A DNA stretch of 64,000 bases from contig JAQGDQ010000113.1 of the NCBI GenBank assembly GCA_030141605.1, positions 186,001 through 250,000 on the forward strand, in the 5' to 3' direction. The DNA is from Tubiluchus corallicola. Lineage: Eukaryota > Animalia > Priapulida. Of this stretch, positions 59,601 through 64,000 are shown one piece after another. Each line of letters opens with the position of its first letter. Position 1 is the first letter of the stretch. A program made the position numbers and the translations under genes. The notes below the pieces were generated by a model. That model did no database searches. It was not told the DNA's origin and saw nothing but the letters and a program-made list of their open reading frames with translations.

Positions 59601-60946
59601 TCGATGATATTGCATAGGTGTACTTATATGAGGTACAAATTCTTTATTGTTCGTGTAAAAATATTGGCGATATTATGCCCTAAGAATAGCCATGACTTTG
59701 ACGTGCGAACAGGGTGTGTGGGTGAAGGACTTGATCAACGTCTATGTCAAATTTCAGACGATCATATCGACTTGGCAGCCCAGAAACTCTAGCTTGCGGC
59801 TGCATTCCTGTGCAACACCTCAAAGACGCAATAACATGTTTAACATTCATATTATCCATTCATGATCTTCACATTCCGTTCTTGTGATTCATTTTTACCT
59901 CTAGCCTAGGGTCCCTTCATGGTGTCGCAATGTAAAAGCGTTTAGAGCGATTCAGATTTTTTGTGTATGCATGTGACTAATTAAAGCAGCGGAGGAATCC
60001 GGTCTGTGCTACGGTTTTTTCTTCTACTAACATACTTCTTATTTTTCTTTCCAGGTCGTAATGAAAACGTAATCTTGCACAAGTGCAAGTTCATTTCCTA
60101 TGCAAACAAGATAAATTTTACCAGGGCAGGTTGTTATGCTCCGAATGCATTTAATGATCAAAGTTCGTATGAGAAATCAGATTTAGAAAAAACATAAATT
60201 TATACTACTTGTTAAAACGCGCAATGAAATTGCAAACCTACATACTATTTATAATGTTCCTAATGTCCGTCACACAAGACTCATTAAGATCACAATTTAA
60301 AGCATTGAAATAAACAGCAACTTTATTAAACACTAATAAACTTAATTACAACAACGGCTTTCACAATATCGCAACCATGCCGTTCTGCTTCACGCACTAA
60401 ACTAAACGCTGATGCAGTCAGACAACAATGCAACAGGTCCTGCCATCTATTGCTGACAATGTATACCTTACACTATTAGTCTTTTAGTACATTTTATAAG
60501 CATCCATCTTTTTACTTCTAATAATCTAGAGAGAATATTATTTAAAAAAATCTATGAATTGCAATCTTGTAAGTGGCCATCATAAGTGATTTGCATGAAA
60601 TCATTGTTCCTTTCGCCGAAAAGTTTTGATAATATTGATACTAATGATAAACATGTCGTTATCATGCGGTCTTCATGTATGAATAAAATAATGCTATATG
60701 TATATTTCTGTATATAATTTCTTGTATTTCCTCGTCGCAATCGATTCATAAAAGTGCATAGTGAGATATTTTTGGGTAGCAAGTAAGGCGCTTACTGTGA
60801 GTTTCGTAATAATACACTTTCCCATTGTTTCTAGATAAGTCAACATCAGCCCAGTAGGGTGCAATTACTATTGCACTGGACGGAAAAGGATCTGGCGTCC
60901 ATTGAGGTAGTCCAGTTATGAAAGACAACACACCATTGCTATTTAC
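47678..60946 (-). CDS. Extracellular NIDO + IPT/TIG + EGF-like repeats + three chitin-binding type-2 (peritrophin-A) domain protein, 5' partial, >=820 aa
   Basis: NIDO exons 60946-60796, 58787-58654, 57845-57708, 57136-56965 (VNSNGVLSF, IAPYWADVD, TNTFQCILVTD, WTTG, QVGFNAGDG). IPT exon 56356-56102 (PLTGGEIIAQGPCF). EGF-like exons 55722-55585, 53774-53628, 53505-53356, 52891-52754, 52616-52575 (mini), 52267-52130, 51747-51607, 50663-50529. ChtBD2 exons 49800-49621, 48591-48391, 47880-47678 (stop). Total 2463 nt in frame. Confidence 0.92.
48944..49472. mobile_element. Dispersed ~550-bp repeat, copy 2
   Basis: Same orientation as, and colinear with, 15023-15595. Confidence 0.75.
53049..53300. 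repeat. Diverged ~143-bp tandem duplication within an intron
   Basis: ctaatttccat..aaaacc.cttacaatggttt.gaat ... tgctcaca ... ttacaa.ttg..cactagat occurs twice. Confidence 0.75.
55782..56066. repeat. (CAT/CAC)n low-complexity tract
   Basis: Visible directly in the sequence. Confidence 0.85.
58120..58420. repeat. Degenerate ~30-bp tandem array
   Basis: Recurrent ..gtcattc-gtattgtct-a.ttgaca.. units. Confidence 0.6.
58969..59260. repeat. (ATTAT)n pentanucleotide microsatellite
   Basis: Visible directly in the sequence. Confidence 0.97.
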
Positions 60947-62827
60947 CTGAAAAAAGTGATTTTCTTTTATTATTATCTTAGCAAATGGAGGTTAGCAAAA
61001 TTTATTTATTTCGTGTAGGCGCAGTCCCGACAGGTTCAATTATGTTCGTAACACACACACTTTTATTACTACAAACCAAATCACAGCAGCAGCAGCAACA
61101 ACAACAACAACAACAAACAACAAGTTTAACATTGAACTACAACGGAACTGCAATCATTAAAATGGACAGAGGTGGCTAATTATCTTTTTTTCAAGTCTTG
61201 GCGCGTCTGAAACTTTGTAACCTACCTTAAATAATTTGCCTCACAAATTCCACAATCCAACAATTATGAGCTATTTTTCTAACCTGTGTTATGTACCCTA
61301 CAGGAATCTTAGTAAGCATGATTAAAATATTGGCTAACTGTGTTCCAGTTTCATGGGTCTTCTTATTAAAGCAACTGTACTGTACATGATACAAGACGCT
61401 GAGCTTGAAGAGTTTGTATACTTTTTTCTTTGCATGTTCGGATACTTTTCTGTCTCACCGTGTCATTCATTCGCCACGGATAATTTAAATCCTACGTTAA
61501 TCTGCAAACTAAAATCAACACTTTTTGCCGAAAAGCTAACAATGTATATCCCAGTCCGACGCGCAAAATAAATTTGCTAAGTATCTGATTAAAACAGAAC
61601 AACTGTAACAGTTTCACTAGGTTTTCACTTGTTACTTAAGTACAAATTTCTTAAGTACAAATTTTCACAATTAAAAAGAACTGTTTTTAGGAAAAATATT
61701 TATGTGTTTGACTACACGAGTTCGCTTGTGTGAAAAAAATGTTTTAAGCTAAAAAGATTTTTAAAATGCCACAAAATATTACGCTTCTAACATTGCGTTT
61801 CTTTCAAATTTTGCACAGAAATTTTGGTAAGATTTTAAGACAAGTCCAATGCACAGCAAATTCCAACGAAGATGATAGTTCTATAATTCCTAGCAGTGTT
61901 AATGGACTGGACCATTTTTATCAACTATAGTGGTCGGCTTTTTTATTGCAATAACTATGGCATGGTCACTGGTCATTCGACACGTTAATAATTTTCTATA
62001 AACAGAGTTTTTGCAAGGTTCCTGCACATTCCATTTGTAATGTGCCTAATACTTGCACAAGAATTTATACAACGTCCTTATAAGGAAATTGCTCGTTACT
62101 GTAATGGTCAATTGTCATCTAATCAGGAATAAACAAGCCTTGACCAGGTGCGCTCAATTGCAAAAGTTTCATTAATTGCAAAAGAATTTCGAATCTTTGA
62201 TTTGACTTTTGACGCACGCCCTGTTCACTGCACACCTGTGGGGTGAGAAACTTGCGGAAGTGAAGGTCATCGCTGAAGAATTTGCTCTGTTGTCGTGAGA
62301 GTAACAAAGGACTGATTTTTCAAAATCTTGCAAATATCTCAAACAAGAGAATGATATTATAGCAGGCGGGTCAATGTTAAAGATATTATACGAACAACGC
62401 AAATAAAATTTATACCTTCCAAAGATTTACATAATAAGAACGTCTGTATTGAATTATTATAAATTAAGTTGCAACGAAAGTGATTTAGATAATTTATGCT
62501 TATTGTATCACTTTCAGGTATTTACAACGAACGTAAACAAAAATAATTTTTCCACGTGATATTAGAGGCAGTCAGTACCGCTTTTTCGCAAATTTATGAC
62601 ATTAAAATTACACAGGGCGAAATCCCGCAGTATAAGGGCAAGGGTATAAATGTGGTTCAAACGTGACTGGTATAAATCATTACAAGAAATTCAATGTTAA
62701 GTCGTAATTTCATAAATCTAGTGGGAACTATTAACTATTTTTTAATTTATGACTATTCTACTGATTCAGCAAAATTTGATAAATCTTAATGAATATAACG
62801 AATATGAACATTTACATCTTACTCTCA

Positions 62828-63000
<173 letters not shown>

Positions 63001-64000
63001 CTTTTTTCTCACCCTCTACTCCTTCCTTCATTTTTTCTTGTCACTGTTTGATCTACCTTAGATAATTTTTACTTAGCCAGCAAAGAAAACTAAGAACACT
63101 GCTGACCTCAAATAGTCGCTCAGACAGGCACACGTTGGCAGATCTTTGTAATGCTAATAAAACACTGTAATTATCCTATTTGGTAATCGAAAGCTTTCAA
63201 TTTTGAGCAGAAGCGTCAGTTGACATGAGCCTTAATCAAAGGTTTGCACAATACTTATAACACTGCAGTAGCTAAATAAAGAAAATCGTAGCATATCCAA
63301 ATGTCCAAAAATTTACAACGTGACTTGAATTGCTTTATTCATTTGCGAATTAAAAACATGCAAGGTTTGTTAATATGATATTTAAGCACAAACTGAGATT
63401 ACTGCTGAAGACAGCAATAACAATTAATAATCAGGTTGCCACTTTTTATAACTACGTAAATATTTATTCTTATAAAAAACTGATTTTACGAAATTCCCTA
63501 ATTTGAAAAAAGACTGCTACTCTACTGCTACTAACGCAAAAAGTTTGCTATGGTCACTACAAAACACATGGTTAAGTGACAGCTATTTCTGCTGCCACAT
63601 ACTCTTACAGACTTGCCTAATCTTTTAAACAACTGTTACTTGCCCCTGAACCACTATTTCTGGTATTTTGTTGCTAACTGTCCTAAATATCCAAGCCATT
63701 CAAGTCTTCAGGCTGATACTTCCTAGCTTGTAGAGAAATTCATCTTATTACGTCAATTTAGCAATCATTTAAGCTTACGTTGATAGGCTTGCGGGCAACA
63801 ACTGACGCCGTTGCTGTTTTATATTTCACGGTTTTATTTTGGAATCTCAGATCATTATTATCGTTTCTAAATTGCGGCCAACAATATCAGTAAAAAATGA
63901 ACACGCTTTTGCAATCTTTTTCTGAAACGGCGTTTTTATTGTTCATTTTGTAGCCACTAGTAGCTTGTGGCTACAAAATTTAACTACTTCAAGAGTCTGC

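Overview
AT-rich, intron-rich animal genomic DNA with GT-AG spliced genes, microsatellites and transposon remnants; there is no sign of prokaryotic sequence. It is probably a protostome invertebrate, inferred from an IR25a/IR8a-type receptor and chitin-binding domains. Four spliced genes were reconstructed by hand with phase-consistent exons. (1) Minus strand, 7862->~85: a secreted protein whose prolyl-4-hydroxylase-alpha N-terminal (P4Ha_N) domain is split by four ShKT exons and appears to stop before any catalytic domain. (2) Plus strand, ~11020-28564: a ~846-aa iGluR/ionotropic receptor with an amino-terminal domain (ATD) and an atypical QQD pore. (3) Plus strand, ~29996-44395: an IR25a/IR8a-clade receptor with a divergent pore, directly downstream of gene 2. 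(4) Minus strand, >=60946->47678: an extracellular NIDO-IPT-(EGF-like)n-(chitin-binding)x3 protein whose 5' end was not located. Introns and intergenic DNA carry MITEs, a foldback-like element, a decayed LINE reverse transcriptase, tRNA-derived SINE heads and tandem repeats. Family assignments come from remembered motifs, not database searches.
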